DNA from: Flavobacteriaceae bacterium
GTDB taxonomy: Bacteria > Bacteroidota > Bacteroidia > Flavobacteriales > Flavobacteriaceae
Direction of reading: 5' to 3'
NCBI GenBank assembly: GCA_029248455.1
Contig: JAQWJH010000042.1
Coordinates: 1 to 53,531 of the forward strand
Length of the DNA: 53,531 nt
In this document: piece after piece, positions 37,473 to 48,600 of the stretch
Layout: each line of letters starts with the position of its first letter
Position numbering within the stretch: the stretch's first letter is position 1
Notes under the pieces: generated by a model
Database searches by the model: none
What the model saw: the letters and a program-made list of their open reading frames with translations, nothing else
What the model was told of the DNA's origin: nothing
Position numbers and translations under genes: made by a program

Positions 37473-39848
37473 TTAAAATTTAAAATTATAAGATACACTT
37501 GGAACAATTCCGAAAATTGATAATTGAATTGCTTCATTTTTCAATGTTTTATCATTTTGCTTAAACGATATGGAATTTGCATTGTCTCTGTTATAGATAT
37601 TATAAAAGCCAAATACCCATTCACTTTTATAATCTCTTTTTTTATTCTTATTAGAAATTAGAGTTAGAGATACATCCAGCCTATGGTAGTTTGGAAGTCT
37701 ATTGGAATTACGTTCCCCATAATTTGGTATAATTAGATCCATGTAAGTATATTGCCCAGTAGGATAATTAATTGGTTGACCCGTCTGAAAAATAAAATTA
37801 GTATTAAAAGTTAATTTTTTATTCAACTTAAAATTTGAGACAAAACTAAAATCATGAGTCTTATCATAACCTGTGTTATACCATTTTCCCATATTAATTC
37901 CAGTTTCAACTGAGTTTCTTCCATTTGTTTTTTGTTCAGATTTAGAAATTGTATATGCAAGCCAATAATTGTGTCTTCCTTTATTTTTTTTAAATAAAAA
38001 CTCTAATCCATATGCCCTGGCTTTTCCGGCCAATAAGATTCTTTCTACAGCTGCATTAGCAACTAAATCAGCGCCTGGAATATAATCGAGTCTGTTTTTA
38101 ATTTTTTTATAAAAAACTTCTGTTTCTAATTTATTACTATTTTTTAATTGTGAATGATAACCTAATGCCCACTGATCTAATTTTTGAGGCTTTAAATATG
38201 GTCCACTAGGGGCCCAAACGTCTAATGGGGCAGGTGCATTGGTATTAGATATTAAATGAATATATTGATTCAATCTATTGTAACTAGCTTTAATGGATTG
38301 ATTTTTAAAATTATAGGATAAATTAAATCTTGGCTCAAAATTATAAAAAGATTTAATGGTTTTAGAATTATCGGGATTTAGGTAATCTCCAATTATTTCA
38401 GCCTCCTTATAAATACCAAGTTCTTGATCAAAAGTTACAGGATTGTCATTTAAATAACTGTTAAGACCATTTTGTTTGAATCTTAAGAACTGATTAATTC
38501 TAAAACCATAGCGAAGAGATATTTTTGTAGAGGCTTTATGAACTACATCAAAATAAGCTGCATTTTCTAAAGCAAACTTTCTTTCAAGTATTGTAAAATT
38601 AATTCCTGATTGGTTAATTGGACTAATTTTTCCAGGATTAAACTCATAATAAATAGAATTTAATCCATAGTTGAATTGTATTTTGTTGGAAAAATAATTT
38701 TTCAAATCAAACTTAATGTTTAAATTTTTAATTCCCGAGTTCCAATCAAACCCAACGAAGTTTAGAGTCAAACCATAGTAGTAATCGCTAAAGATTAAAG
38801 AAGTATTAGAAAATGTTTTTTCGTTAATTAGATGATTCCACCTTAAGTTAAAAGTGGAATTCCCGTATGTATTAGAAAATGTGTTACTAAGTTTAAATTT
38901 ATCTCTACCAAAGTATCCTGAAAAATATAGGGTATTATTTTTATCTAGTTTATAATTTAATTTTGTATTAATATCATAAAAATAGGCAATATTTTCAATG
39001 TCCGTAAATTTTAAAAAAAGGTGTGCGTAAGAACCTCTAGTGGCTATTAAATAAGAGCCCTTGTTTTTTTTGATTGGACCTTCTCCTAATAATCTACTTG
39101 AAATTAGACCAATCCCCCCACTTAATTTGTGTTCTTTACTATTTCCATCTTTTTGATATACATCTAAAACTGAAGAAAGTCTCCCTCCGTATGAAGAGGG
39201 TATACCACCTTTGAAAAGTTTAATTTCTTTTATAGCATCAGAATTAAAAATAGAAAAGAGACCAAATAAGTGAGATGAGCTATATATTATGGCTTCATCA
39301 AACAAAATTAAATTTTGATCAGCAGCACCACCTCGAACATTAAAACCGCCAGTTCCTTCCCCAGCATTTGACACTCCAGGAAGTAATTGTATTGTTTTTA
39401 ATAAATCAGATTCTCCAAATAAAACTGGAGTTTGTTTTATGGTTTGATTTGATAAAATATTTAAACTCATTATTGGTTTTTTAATATCTATCTCCTCAAT
39501 ATCCTGAACAATAATAACTTCCTCTAAATTTTCAATGTTTTCCTCTAAAAAAAATGTATTATTTATGTTTTTCGTAAGATCTACACTTTGAAGTATGTTT
39601 TTATAACCAATAGAGCTAATTTGTATATCGTATTTTCCTTTTGGAACTGTAATAGAGAAGAAACCATAAGTATTAGTTATTGTTCCTGAACTAATACTAG
39701 GTATAATAATATTTGCCCCTATGATAGATTCATTGCTGTTTTGATCTAAAACATAGCCATTTAAAGTGAAGTTTTCTTGAGAATAAATGCAATTCAATGC
39801 AACTAGAAGTGAGAAAAAATTTAAAAAAAAAATCCTAAAGTAAATCAC
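37473..39848 (-). CDS. TonB-dependent receptor with N-terminal carboxypeptidase-regulatory-like domain
   Basis: 791 aa. Signal peptide, NGYVLDQNSNESIIGANI CarbopepD_reg-like start, plug region, C-terminal beta-barrel ending in aromatic F. Confidence 0.85.
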   Translation of the reverse strand: MIYFRIFFLNFFSLLVALNCIYSQENFTLNGYVLDQNSNESIIGANIIIPSISSGTITNTYGFFSITVPKGKYDIQISSIGYKNILQSVDLTKNINNTFFLEENIENLEEVIIVQDIEEIDIKKPIMSLNILSNQTIKQTPVLFGESDLLKTIQLLPGVSNAGEGTGGFNVRGGAADQNLILFDEAIIYSSSHLFGLFSIFNSDAIKEIKLFKGGIPSSYGGRLSSVLDVYQKDGNSKEHKLSGGIGLISSRLLGEGPIKKNKGSYLIATRGSYAHLFLKFTDIENIAYFYDINTKLNYKLDKNNTLYFSGYFGRDKFKLSNTFSNTYGNSTFNLRWNHLINEKTFSNTSLIFSDYYYGLTLNFVGFDWNSGIKNLNIKFDLKNYFSNKIQFNYGLNSIYYEFNPGKISPINQSGINFTILERKFALENAAYFDVVHKASTKISLRYGFRINQFLRFKQNGLNSYLNDNPVTFDQELGIYKEAEIIGDYLNPDNSKTIKSFYNFEPRFNLSYNFKNQSIKASYNRLNQYIHLISNTNAPAPLDVWAPSGPYLKPQKLDQWALGYHSQLKNSNKLETEVFYKKIKNRLDYIPGADLVANAAVERILLAGKARAYGLEFLFKKNKGRHNYWLAYTISKSEQKTNGRNSVETGINMGKWYNTGYDKTHDFSFVSNFKLNKKLTFNTNFIFQTGQPINYPTGQYTYMDLIIPNYGERNSNRLPNYHRLDVSLTLISNKNKKRDYKSEWVFGFYNIYNRDNANSISFKQNDKTLKNEAIQLSIFGIVPSVSYNFKF

Positions 39849-39895
39849 AGCTATAACCTAATTAAAATATTTCAATACGACAAACTAAAATAAAA

Positions 39896-41122
39896 TTACT
39901 GAAATTTTAATTCAAGATTTTGTTTAATATAATCTAAAAATTCTTGAGTATTTAAGTAATGTGATCGATTAAGTTTATTGCCATGAATTAATAAGGCAAG
40001 ATCTTTAGTCATTTTACCACTCTCAACAGTTTCGATACATACAGATTCAAGTTCTTGACAAAAGTTAACTAAATCAGAATTATTATCTAATTTTCCTCTG
40101 TGTGAGAGACCCCTAGTCCAGGCAAAGATTGATGCAATAGGATTGGTCGAGGTTTCGTTCCCTTTTTTGTGTTCTCTGTAATGTCTAGTTACCGTTCCGT
40201 GAGCAGCTTCAGCTTCCATAGTTTTTCCGTCAGGCGTAACTAATGTCGAAGTCATTAATCCTAAAGAACCAAATCCCTGTGCAACTGTATCAGATTGGAC
40301 ATCTCCATCATAATTTTTACATGCCCAAACAAATCCACCATTCCATTTCATGGCAGCGGCCACCATGTCATCAATTAATCTGTGCTCATAAGTAATGCCT
40401 GCCTTCTCAAACTTATCTTTAAATTCCGTTGTATAAACTTCTTGAAAAATATCTTTAAATCTTCCGTCGTAAGCTTTTAGAATAGTATTTTTTGTTGATA
40501 AGTATAGCGGCCAATTTTTTGTTAATGCTTGGTTCATACAAGATCTTGCGAAACCAAAAATGGAAGAATCTATGTTGTACATACTCATGGCTACTCCATC
40601 CTCTTGAAAATTATAAACTTCCCATGATTTTACTGCATCACCGTTTTCTGGAGTGAAGGTCATTGTAAGCTTTCCTTTTCCGTGGGTAACAATATCAGTT
40701 GCTTTATATTGATCTCCAAAAGCGTGTCTTCCAATACAAATAGGCTTAACCCAGCCCTGAACGTACCTTGGAACATTACTCATGATTATAGGCTCTCTAA
40801 ACACAGTACCTCCAACTATATTTCTAATAGTCCCGTTTGGTGACCTCCACATTTTTTTCAAAGTGAATTCTTTGACCCTATCTTCATCAGGTGTGATTGT
40901 CGCACATTTAATACCTACATTATATTTTTTGATTGCTTCAGCAGAATCAATTGTGACCTGGTCGTCGGTAAAATCTCTGTTTTTAACTCCTAAGTCAAAA
41001 TATTTAATATCTAGTTCTATATAGGGTAGTATAAGTTTAGTTTTTATAAAATCCCAGATAATTCTGGTCATTTCGTCTCCATCTAGTTCAACAACTGGAT
41101 TTTTTACAATAATTTTTTTCAT
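39896..41122 (-). CDS. icd: NADP-dependent isocitrate dehydrogenase (homodimeric, eukaryote-like subfamily)
   Basis: 408 aa. [45 protein letters not shown]. Confidence 0.92.
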   Translation of the reverse strand: MKKIIVKNPVVELDGDEMTRIIWDFIKTKLILPYIELDIKYFDLGVKNRDFTDDQVTIDSAEAIKKYNVGIKCATITPDEDRVKEFTLKKMWRSPNGTIRNIVGGTVFREPIIMSNVPRYVQGWVKPICIGRHAFGDQYKATDIVTHGKGKLTMTFTPENGDAVKSWEVYNFQEDGVAMSMYNIDSSIFGFARSCMNQALTKNWPLYLSTKNTILKAYDGRFKDIFQEVYTTEFKDKFEKAGITYEHRLIDDMVAAAMKWNGGFVWACKNYDGDVQSDTVAQGFGSLGLMTSTLVTPDGKTMEAEAAHGTVTRHYREHKKGNETSTNPIASIFAWTRGLSHRGKLDNNSDLVNFCQELESVCIETVESGKMTKDLALLIHGNKLNRSHYLNTQEFLDYIKQNLELKFQ

Positions 41123-41136
41123 GAAAAGTACTGAAA

Positions 41137-41487
41137 TTAAATTTTAATTTCTTTGATTCTTGCCTTTTTCCCTCTAAGTTCTCTGAAATAATATATTCTT
41201 GATCTTCTTACTTTACCACGTTTATTAACTTCAATTTTTTGAATTGTTGGTAAATTGATTGGAAAAATTCTTTCAATTCCTATAGTACCGGACATTTTTC
41301 TTATCGTGAAGGTTTTTGTTAAACCAGTGCCTTTAATTTGAATAACAACCCCCTTGAAAAATTGGGTACGAACTTTTTCACCTTCTCTAATTTCGTAATA
41401 AACTGTTATTGTATCTCCTGATTTAAAAGTTGGGATTTCTTTTTTCGTAACAAATTCATCTTGTACGAATTTTACTAAGGATTCCAT
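41137..41487 (-). CDS. rplS: 50S ribosomal protein L19
   Basis: 116 aa. [38 protein letters not shown]. Confidence 0.95.
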   Translation of the reverse strand: MESLVKFVQDEFVTKKEIPTFKSGDTITVYYEIREGEKVRTQFFKGVVIQIKGTGLTKTFTIRKMSGTIGIERIFPINLPTIQKIEVNKRGKVRRSRIYYFRELRGKKARIKEIKI

Positions 41488-41555
41488 TTTGCAAAATTTT
41501 AATTAAAATGATTTAACATACACGATTATCGTCAGCGGTTAAACCAAATGGATTG

Positions 41556-41563
41556 CAAAATTA
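41556..41563 (-). promoter_or_regulatory. Candidate -7 promoter box TAATTTTG upstream of rplS
   Basis: Perfect TAnnTTTG on the minus strand, about 68 nt before the rplS ATG. Implies a 60-nt leader. Confidence 0.3.
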
Positions 41564-41588
41564 CTATTTTTTTTTCTTTCAAAGAAAT

Positions 41589-42269
41589 TTAGTCACTTAA
41601 AAAATTTGGTCTTATTTTTTTGGTTCTTTCTAATGCTTTTTTCTCTCGCCAATTCTCAATTTTAGCTTTATCGCCAGAAAGTAAAATACTAGGCACTTCA
41701 ATATTTTCAAAATTAGCAGGTCGTGTGTAAACTGGGGGAGCGAGAATTTCGTCCTGAAAAGAATCTGTAAGTGCTGAAGTTTCGTCTCCCAGCACTCCAG
41801 GAATTAATCTTATTATTGAATCACATAATACAGCTGCAGGAAGTTCTCCACCCGATAAAACATAATCTCCTATTGAAATTTCCATAGTTATTAGTTTATC
41901 ACGAACTCTTTGATCAACTCCTTTATAGTGTCCGCATAAAATTATTATATTTCCGACAAGAGATAACTTGTTGGCTAACTTTTGGTTCAATATTGGCGCA
42001 TCAGGTGTCATGTAAATAACTTCACTATAATGTCTTTGTTTTTTTAATTTATCAATACATTTTTTAATTGGCTCAATCATCATAACCATTCCAGATCCTC
42101 CACCAAACTGGTAATCATCTACTTGTTTTCTTTTTTTTGATGCATAATTTTTTAAATCGTGAAAATTAATTTCTACAATCTGTTTTTCAATAGCTCTTTT
42201 GATAATTGAGGCACTAAAAGGACTCTCAATTAACTGAGGCAAAACACTTATAATATCAATTCTAATCAT
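41589..42269 (-). CDS. trmD: tRNA (guanine37-N1)-methyltransferase
   Basis: 226 aa. DDYQFGGGSGMVM, CGHYKGVDQRV, SIGDYVLSGGELPA. Confidence 0.93.
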   Translation of the reverse strand: MIRIDIISVLPQLIESPFSASIIKRAIEKQIVEINFHDLKNYASKKRKQVDDYQFGGGSGMVMMIEPIKKCIDKLKKQRHYSEVIYMTPDAPILNQKLANKLSLVGNIIILCGHYKGVDQRVRDKLITMEISIGDYVLSGGELPAAVLCDSIIRLIPGVLGDETSALTDSFQDEILAPPVYTRPANFENIEVPSILLSGDKAKIENWREKKALERTKKIRPNFLSD

Positions 42270-42272
42270 TAA

Positions 42273-43658
42273 TTATTCAAAAATTAATTTTTCTTTTTCT
42301 CCATCAGGACTAACAAAAGTTATTTGACTGATTTTAATGTTATTTTTAAATTTTTTGATTTCGGAAGTATTCTTGACAGCTTCTCCGTTAATTTCTGTAA
42401 TAATATATCCAGGGTTAATTCCCATTCTATATAATGTATTATTTCTATGATTCAATACTTTAACACCATAATCTAAATCTAATGTTTCAAGTTCTTCTTT
42501 AGACATATTTTTTATTTGCATTCCGTAAAAATCTATATTTTCATTTTTTTCTAGTACAACTTTTAACTTTAATTTCTTGTTATCACGAGTTAGTCCAACT
42601 AATATTTCATCGCCTGGTCTTTTAGTGCTCAAATAGCCGGATAAATCTGAAAATTTAGCTATTTTAAGATTATCCAAACTTAGAATAACATCTCCTTTCT
42701 TAATACCTGCCATTGCTGCGCCCATGGTTGGTTCCACATCATTGACATAAAATCCCTCTGTTAAGTTTATGTTTAATTCGTTGGCGTTTCTTGAATTAAG
42801 TCCAAAGCCAGTAACACCTAGCAGTCCTTTTTGAACATTTCCAAATTCAATGATATCTTCAAATATTTTTCTTGCGACGTTGCTCGGAACAGCAAAAGAA
42901 TAACCTACAAACCCACCTGTTCCACTGGTTATTGCAGTATTAATTCCAATTAGATCACCAGATGTATTTACAAGGGCACCTCCACTATTACCTGAATTAA
43001 CTGCGGCATCTGTTTGGATAAATGATTGATTTTTTGAATCATAGTCATTCAAATCTCTAGATTTTGCACTGATAATTCCAGCTGTTACCGTAGAAGTTAA
43101 ATTATATGGATTACCAACCGCAAGAACCCATTCGCCAATTTTAGTTTGATCAGAATTTGCAAATCTTATATAGGGAAATGTTTCTTTGCTGTCAATTTTT
43201 AATACGGCAATATCAGCAACTTCATCAGTACCAATTAAATTAGCTGTGTAGCTTTTGTTATTGTTTGTTGTTATTTCAATTTTTGTAGCTTCTTCTATCA
43301 CATGATTATTAGTTATAATGTAACCATCTTTTGAAACAATTACGCCTGAACCCATACCTACTCTTGTTCTGTTATTTTGATTATTATTGAAATAATCCCA
43401 AACTGAAGAGGGGCCACTCGAAACACTCGTATTTTTTACATGGACAACAGAATTAATTGTTTTTTCAGCGGCCACTGTAAAATCGATATTAGTACTGGAT
43501 TCACTAATAGAATTGGGATCAAATGAAATATTTACCATTTTATTTTCTGGAAATATATTTTTTGAGGATAAATTATGATCAAAATTTAAATTATGGATTA
43601 AAAGAGCTACTATTCCACCAATTATGGATATTGATAAAGGATATATAATTTTTTTCAT
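42273..43658 (-). CDS. HtrA/DegP-family periplasmic serine protease with PDZ domains
   Basis: 461 aa. N-terminal TM, catalytic triad context (TNNHV, DIAVLK, GNSGGAL), C-terminal PDZ-like GDVILSLDN and ITEINGEAV. Confidence 0.88.
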   Translation of the reverse strand: MKKIIYPLSISIIGGIVALLIHNLNFDHNLSSKNIFPENKMVNISFDPNSISESSTNIDFTVAAEKTINSVVHVKNTSVSSGPSSVWDYFNNNQNNRTRVGMGSGVIVSKDGYIITNNHVIEEATKIEITTNNNKSYTANLIGTDEVADIAVLKIDSKETFPYIRFANSDQTKIGEWVLAVGNPYNLTSTVTAGIISAKSRDLNDYDSKNQSFIQTDAAVNSGNSGGALVNTSGDLIGINTAITSGTGGFVGYSFAVPSNVARKIFEDIIEFGNVQKGLLGVTGFGLNSRNANELNINLTEGFYVNDVEPTMGAAMAGIKKGDVILSLDNLKIAKFSDLSGYLSTKRPGDEILVGLTRDNKKLKLKVVLEKNENIDFYGMQIKNMSKEELETLDLDYGVKVLNHRNNTLYRMGINPGYIITEINGEAVKNTSEIKKFKNNIKISQITFVSPDGEKEKLIFE

Positions 43659-43762
43659 TTTACATTATTTTAAATCAAAATTAAATTTTTAAATTATAGA
43701 AAAATATATTTTAACTACTTTTTAACAGCATCTACTTTTTTTTATCTTCGTGAATTATTAAA

Positions 43763-44542
43763 ATGAAAATAAAATTTCAAAAATATCAAGGTACAGGAAA
43801 TGATTTTATTATAATTAACAATAATGATTTACTTTTTCCAACAAATAATAGAAGTTTTATTAAACGTCTGTGTAACAGAAAGTTTGGTATTGGTTCAGAT
43901 GGTTTAATACTTATTAATCCATCTAAAAATACTGATTTTGAAATGTTATATTTTAATTCTGATGGAAATTTAGGTTCCATGTGTGGCAACGGAGCGAGGT
44001 GTTCTGTAAAATTTGCTCAAAATAATAAAATAGTTACTGACAAAACTTTATTTAACGCATTTGATGGAAATCACCGTGCAAATATTCATAATAATACTGT
44101 TTCTCTTTCAATGAACGATGTCAGTGATATAAAAACTTATGGAGAGGATCTGTTTTTAGATACCGGCTCACCACATTATGTAAAAATTGTAAAAAATTTA
44201 GAAAATTTTGATGTTTATAATCAGGGTAAGTTAATTAGAAACAGCAATGAATTTTTCAGACATGGAGTAAATATCAATTTTGTTAAGATAATATCTGAAA
44301 AAGAGTTTGAAGTTAGAACTTTTGAAAGAGGGGTAGAGGATGAAACATTATCCTGTGGAACAGGTGTAACTGCTGTGGCTTTATCAATGCATTACTTAAA
44401 TAAAACATTACTAAATAATTTAAAAATTAAAACCAAAGGTGGTGTTTTAGATGTAAAATTTATTAAAAATAATAACAGATATGAAAAAATTATTCTTTCT
44501 GGAAATGTAGAATTAATATTTGAAGGAGAAATAGATATGTAA
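43763..44542 (+). CDS. dapF: Diaminopimelate epimerase
   Basis: 259 aa. GTGNDFII, GSDG, catalytic SMCGNGARC and LSCGTG. Confidence 0.9.
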   Translation: MKIKFQKYQGTGNDFIIINNNDLLFPTNNRSFIKRLCNRKFGIGSDGLILINPSKNTDFEMLYFNSDGNLGSMCGNGARCSVKFAQNNKIVTDKTLFNAFDGNHRANIHNNTVSLSMNDVSDIKTYGEDLFLDTGSPHYVKIVKNLENFDVYNQGKLIRNSNEFFRHGVNINFVKIISEKEFEVRTFERGVEDETLSCGTGVTAVALSMHYLNKTLLNNLKIKTKGGVLDVKFIKNNNRYEKIILSGNVELIFEGEIDM

Positions 44543-45595
44543 ATGGAAAATAAAAAATTATATAAAATAATTATTAGTGTTGGTGTTTTAAGCTTTTTAT
44601 TTATTTCCAGTTTTTTTCTTTTAAACTTTTATAAAACTTATTATTCTGATAACACAAATTTTAATGATGAATCGATTTTTATTTTTATTAAATCTGGTAC
44701 GGGATTAAACAATTTACAACTACAAATTATTCCATTTTTAAAAGATTCTACAACATTTTTAGATGCTGCATATAAAACCAATTATGTTTTTAACATAAAA
44801 GCAGGTAAATACGAAATTAAAAAGGGTTTTTCTAATAAAGAAATTATCAATTCACTAAGATTTAAAAATATTCCAGTCAAATTGACCTTCAACAATATGG
44901 AAAGAATTGAAAATTTAGCCTCGAGAGTATCAAAATTTATAGAAGCTGATAGTTTAAGTTTGATGAATTCATTCAATAAAAAAACTTTTTTAGAAAGTAA
45001 TGATTTAGATACTGAATCTGTGTTTTCTATTTTTTTACCAAACACATATGAATTTTATTGGAACACAAGCGCTGATCAATTTAGAGATAAAATGTTGGAT
45101 CAATTTAAATTGTTTTGGAATCCATCCAGAATTAAAAAAGCGAAATCATATAATTTAAATCCAATTGAAGTTTCAATTTTGGCTTCTATTGTACAAAGAG
45201 AAACACCGAAAGTAGACGAAAGACCTACTATTTCTGGAGTTTATTACAATAGACTCAGAAGAAAAATGAAATTACAGGCAGATCCAACAATTGTATATAC
45301 AATCAAACTAGAAAAAGGATTTGATACTCGAATTAGAAGAGTCTTATATAGAGATTTAAGAATAAGGTCTCCTTTCAATACTTATTTAAACAAAGGTTTA
45401 CCGCCCGGTCCTATTTACATGCCAGATATAAGTTCAATTGAGTCAGTTTTAAATTTAGAAAATCATGACTACCTATTTTTTGTTGCTGATGTTAAAAGAC
45501 CTGGCTATCACATGTTTGCCAAAACCAATTCACAGCACAATAAAAATAAAAGACAATATACTTCATGGTTGAGGAAAAATAAAATAAAGAGATAA
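44543..45595 (+). CDS. mltG: Endolytic murein transglycosylase MltG (YceG family)
   Basis: 350 aa. N-terminal TM, ILASIVQRE, LQADPTIVY, SPFNTYLNKGLPPGPI. Confidence 0.85.
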   Translation: MENKKLYKIIISVGVLSFLFISSFFLLNFYKTYYSDNTNFNDESIFIFIKSGTGLNNLQLQIIPFLKDSTTFLDAAYKTNYVFNIKAGKYEIKKGFSNKEIINSLRFKNIPVKLTFNNMERIENLASRVSKFIEADSLSLMNSFNKKTFLESNDLDTESVFSIFLPNTYEFYWNTSADQFRDKMLDQFKLFWNPSRIKKAKSYNLNPIEVSILASIVQRETPKVDERPTISGVYYNRLRRKMKLQADPTIVYTIKLEKGFDTRIRRVLYRDLRIRSPFNTYLNKGLPPGPIYMPDISSIESVLNLENHDYLFFVADVKRPGYHMFAKTNSQHNKNKRQYTSWLRKNKIKR

Positions 45596-45627
45596 CAATC
45601 TGATTTACAGATAATTAAAATTTTATG

Positions 45628-45635
45628 TATGTTTG
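45628..45635 (+). promoter_or_regulatory. Candidate -7 promoter box TATGTTTG for the 45662 gene
   Basis: Perfect TAnnTTTG, 26 nt before the TTG start. Confidence 0.3.
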
Positions 45636-45661
45636 CGGAAATTTTTAAATAAATTTTTGTT

Positions 45662-46279
45662 TTGAAAACATTTAAAACCAACATAATATTATTTCTAATT
45701 GCTCTTTTATTTAATAGCTCTTTTTATAAACCAGTCCCTAAAAAAAATATTGCTAACAATTCAGATAATCTAGAATTTACTGTTTTAAACAAAAAAACAT
45801 TAAGCATAGTTGAGAATTTTATTTTTTTGAAAAAAGATTTTAATGGTTTTAAAGAAAAATTAGCCTTTAAAGAATCTGGTGGTAGATACCATTGCATTAA
45901 TGAGTTTGGATATATGGGTAAATATCAATTTAATTTGAGCACTTTGAAAATGTTTAAAATTTATAATGGAAGAAAATTCTTAAATAATCCAGAATTACAA
46001 GAAAAAGTCTTTTTAATGAACATACAAAGAAATAAATGGATTCTAAGAAAAGATATTAACTGGTTTGTTGGTTCAGTTATAAATGGATTAGAAATCACAG
46101 AATCAGGAATATTAGCCGCTGCACACTTATCAGGTCCAGGAAATGTAAAAAAGTTTTTAAGAGAAAATGGTAAAGCTGATTTGAAAGATGCATTTGGCAC
46201 CTCAATTTCTCATTATATGAATTACTTTAAAAACTTTGATATGTCCTTTGTCGAAGGAATTAAAAAACCTAGAATTTAA
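45662..46279 (+). CDS. Secreted hypothetical protein, possibly lysozyme/lytic-transglycosylase-like
   Basis: 205 aa. Signal peptide; KESGGRYHCINEFGYMGKYQF and AAAHLSGPGNVKKFL resemble SLT/goose-lysozyme-type E-S...GxxQ...AAHxxG blocks. Assignment is from memory only. Confidence 0.4.
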   Translation: MKTFKTNIILFLIALLFNSSFYKPVPKKNIANNSDNLEFTVLNKKTLSIVENFIFLKKDFNGFKEKLAFKESGGRYHCINEFGYMGKYQFNLSTLKMFKIYNGRKFLNNPELQEKVFLMNIQRNKWILRKDINWFVGSVINGLEITESGILAAAHLSGPGNVKKFLRENGKADLKDAFGTSISHYMNYFKNFDMSFVEGIKKPRI

Positions 46280-46977
46280 TTAGATTGAATTAAAAATATT
46301 GAAGGTCTTTTATCATAGTTCTCTAGGTTATTCTTCCATTGTTTTATAGTTTGTGTTTTAACTAATTCACTATTTAAAGTAAGGTCAGTAGCAATACAGA
46401 GTTTGGTTGTAGGTTTTAAAAATTTTAATAAATCAATTATTAATTTCCTATTTCTGTAAGGCGTTTCCATAAAGATTTGGGTAGTGTCGTAAGATTGTTT
46501 TTCAAGAAATTTTATTTTATTTTTTCTATCATTTTTTTCAATAGGTAAGTAACCGTTAAATTTAAAATTTTGACCGTTGAGTCCTGACGCCATAAGGGCT
46601 AATAATATTGAAGAAGGACCAACTAAAGGAATAACTTTCAAGTTTAACAGATGAGCATTATAGATTAATTCAGCGCCAGGATCTGCTATGCCTGGACATC
46701 CAGCATCAGAAACCAAGCCTATATTATATCCTTTAAAACATGGATTTAAAAAAGAACTAATGGATTCTTTGCTGGTAAATTTATTTAATGTATTTATTAT
46801 TAATTTTGTTTGACATTTATTTGGAGAAATAATTTTAATAAAGGCTCTTCCAGGTTTTTCATTTTCAAATATAAAATGATTGATTTTATCAATTATTTTA
46901 AATGAGTGATTATCAAAATTAAAATTTGAATTTTTACCTAAATAATTTGGAATTAAGTACAAAGAACCATATTCCAT
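46276..46977 (-). CDS. SAM-dependent methyltransferase of the tetrapyrrole-methylase fold (RsmI-like)
   Basis: 233 aa. LVSDAGCPGIADPGAELI, VGPSSILLAL. Confidence 0.7.
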   Translation of the reverse strand: MEYGSLYLIPNYLGKNSNFNFDNHSFKIIDKINHFIFENEKPGRAFIKIISPNKCQTKLIINTLNKFTSKESISSFLNPCFKGYNIGLVSDAGCPGIADPGAELIYNAHLLNLKVIPLVGPSSILLALMASGLNGQNFKFNGYLPIEKNDRKNKIKFLEKQSYDTTQIFMETPYRNRKLIIDLLKFLKPTTKLCIATDLTLNSELVKTQTIKQWKNNLENYDKRPSIFLIQSN

Positions 46978-46996
46978 AAATAGATTTTATTTTTTT

Positions 46997-48421
46997 CTAA
47001 ATAGTAAACTTTTTGGACAAGTCTTCTACATATTTTCTAAATTGTTTGTCAGTAAAAGAAAGATTATCTACTGTTTTGCAAGCGTGAAGGACTGTAGCAT
47101 GGTCCCTATGACCGATTTGTGAACCAATGCTAGCCAATGAAGCTTTGGTGTATTTTTTAGCAAAAAACATAGCTAATTGCCTCGCTTGGACAATATGTCT
47201 TTTTCTAGTTTTGGATTGTAATGTGGATACATCCATTTGAAAATATTCAGAAACAATTTTTTGAATGTAGTCTATAGAAACTTCTCGTTTGGTGTTTTTG
47301 ACAAATTTGTCGACAACATTTTTAGCAAGTTCAAGAGTTATTTCTTTTTTATTAAAAGACGACTGTGCAATTAAGGATATTATTGCGCCTTCCAGTTCTC
47401 TTATGTTAATTGTTATATTTTTTGCAATAAAATCTACAATCTCATCTGAAATTTCAACACCATCCCTAAATAACTTATTTTTTAATATTGACACTCTTGT
47501 CTCGTAATCTGGTCTTTGAAGTTCTGCTGATAAACCCCATTTAAATCTAGATAGTAATCTCTGCTCGATATCCTGCATGTCGACAGGTGCTTTATCAGAT
47601 GTTAATATAACTTGCTTGCCATTTTGATGCAAGTGATTAAATATGTGAAAAAAAACATCTTGTGTTCCAGTTTTTCCAGAAAAAAATTGAACATCATCGA
47701 TGATCAACACATCGATTATTTGATAAAAATGTATAAAATCGTTTCTGTTATTTTTTTTGACTGAATCAATGTACTGTTGAGTAAATTTCTCAGCTGAAAT
47801 ATAAAGAACTGTTTTTTCAGGGAACTTTTCTTTAACATTAACACCAATTGCATGAGCAAGATGTGTTTTTCCTAATCCAACTCCACCAAAAATTAACAAT
47901 GGGTTAAAAGATGTTCCACCGGGTTTGTTGGAAACAGCCATTCCAGCCGAACGCGCCAATCTGTTAGCATCTCCCTCTAAAAAATTATCAAAATTATAAT
48001 TAGGGTTTAGTTGAGATTCAATTTTTAAATTTTTTATACCAGGAATTATAAATGGATTTTTTAATTCTGTACTAAGATTGCCTAGTGGGATATCAACCTT
48101 TTGAGATGGAATATTAGACTTGTATTGACTTGGAATTTTTTCAATAAAAGGTTTAAGATTTCCAAAAGTATTTTCCATTTTAATTATATACACTAACCTT
48201 GCATTATTTCCAAGCTCTTTAGTCAATGCTAGTTTGAGTAACTTTACATAATGTTCTTCCAACCATTCATAAAAAAATTTACTTGGAACTTGAACGTTGA
48301 GTATGTTTTCTTCTAGCTTAATTGGTTTGATGGGTTCAAACCATGTTTTGTATGCTTGGATCTGTATGTTGTCCTTTACGAACTTGAGACAATTATTCCA
48401 TACAGATTCTGCAGTTAACAT
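46997..48421 (-). CDS. dnaA: Chromosomal replication initiator protein DnaA
   Basis: 474 aa. NPLLIFGGVGLGKTHL, IIDDVQFF, SDKAP, C-terminal DNA-binding HRDHATVLHA. Confidence 0.95.
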   Translation of the reverse strand: MLTAESVWNNCLKFVKDNIQIQAYKTWFEPIKPIKLEENILNVQVPSKFFYEWLEEHYVKLLKLALTKELGNNARLVYIIKMENTFGNLKPFIEKIPSQYKSNIPSQKVDIPLGNLSTELKNPFIIPGIKNLKIESQLNPNYNFDNFLEGDANRLARSAGMAVSNKPGGTSFNPLLIFGGVGLGKTHLAHAIGVNVKEKFPEKTVLYISAEKFTQQYIDSVKKNNRNDFIHFYQIIDVLIIDDVQFFSGKTGTQDVFFHIFNHLHQNGKQVILTSDKAPVDMQDIEQRLLSRFKWGLSAELQRPDYETRVSILKNKLFRDGVEISDEIVDFIAKNITINIRELEGAIISLIAQSSFNKKEITLELAKNVVDKFVKNTKREVSIDYIQKIVSEYFQMDVSTLQSKTRKRHIVQARQLAMFFAKKYTKASLASIGSQIGHRDHATVLHACKTVDNLSFTDKQFRKYVEDLSKKFTI

Positions 48422-48600
48422 TAATTATAATATATTTTTGGTTGTTATAATTGACAATAAATTTGAAAAAAAATATTGTTTAATTAATAGCAACAAATAT
48501 GTGCAAATTTTTATTAAAAAAAAATCATTTTGCTATTGAATTTTAATTTTTTTTTGTTCATATTATTGAAGTTGTCAAATAATGATTTTTTAATAACAAT

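Noticed and set aside
48422-48600. The AT-rich spacer upstream of dnaA as oriC
   Set aside because: I could not find TTATCCACA-like DnaA boxes or a box cluster in it by eye. AT-richness is not distinctive in this genome. A proper DnaA-box and GC-skew scan is needed before calling an origin.
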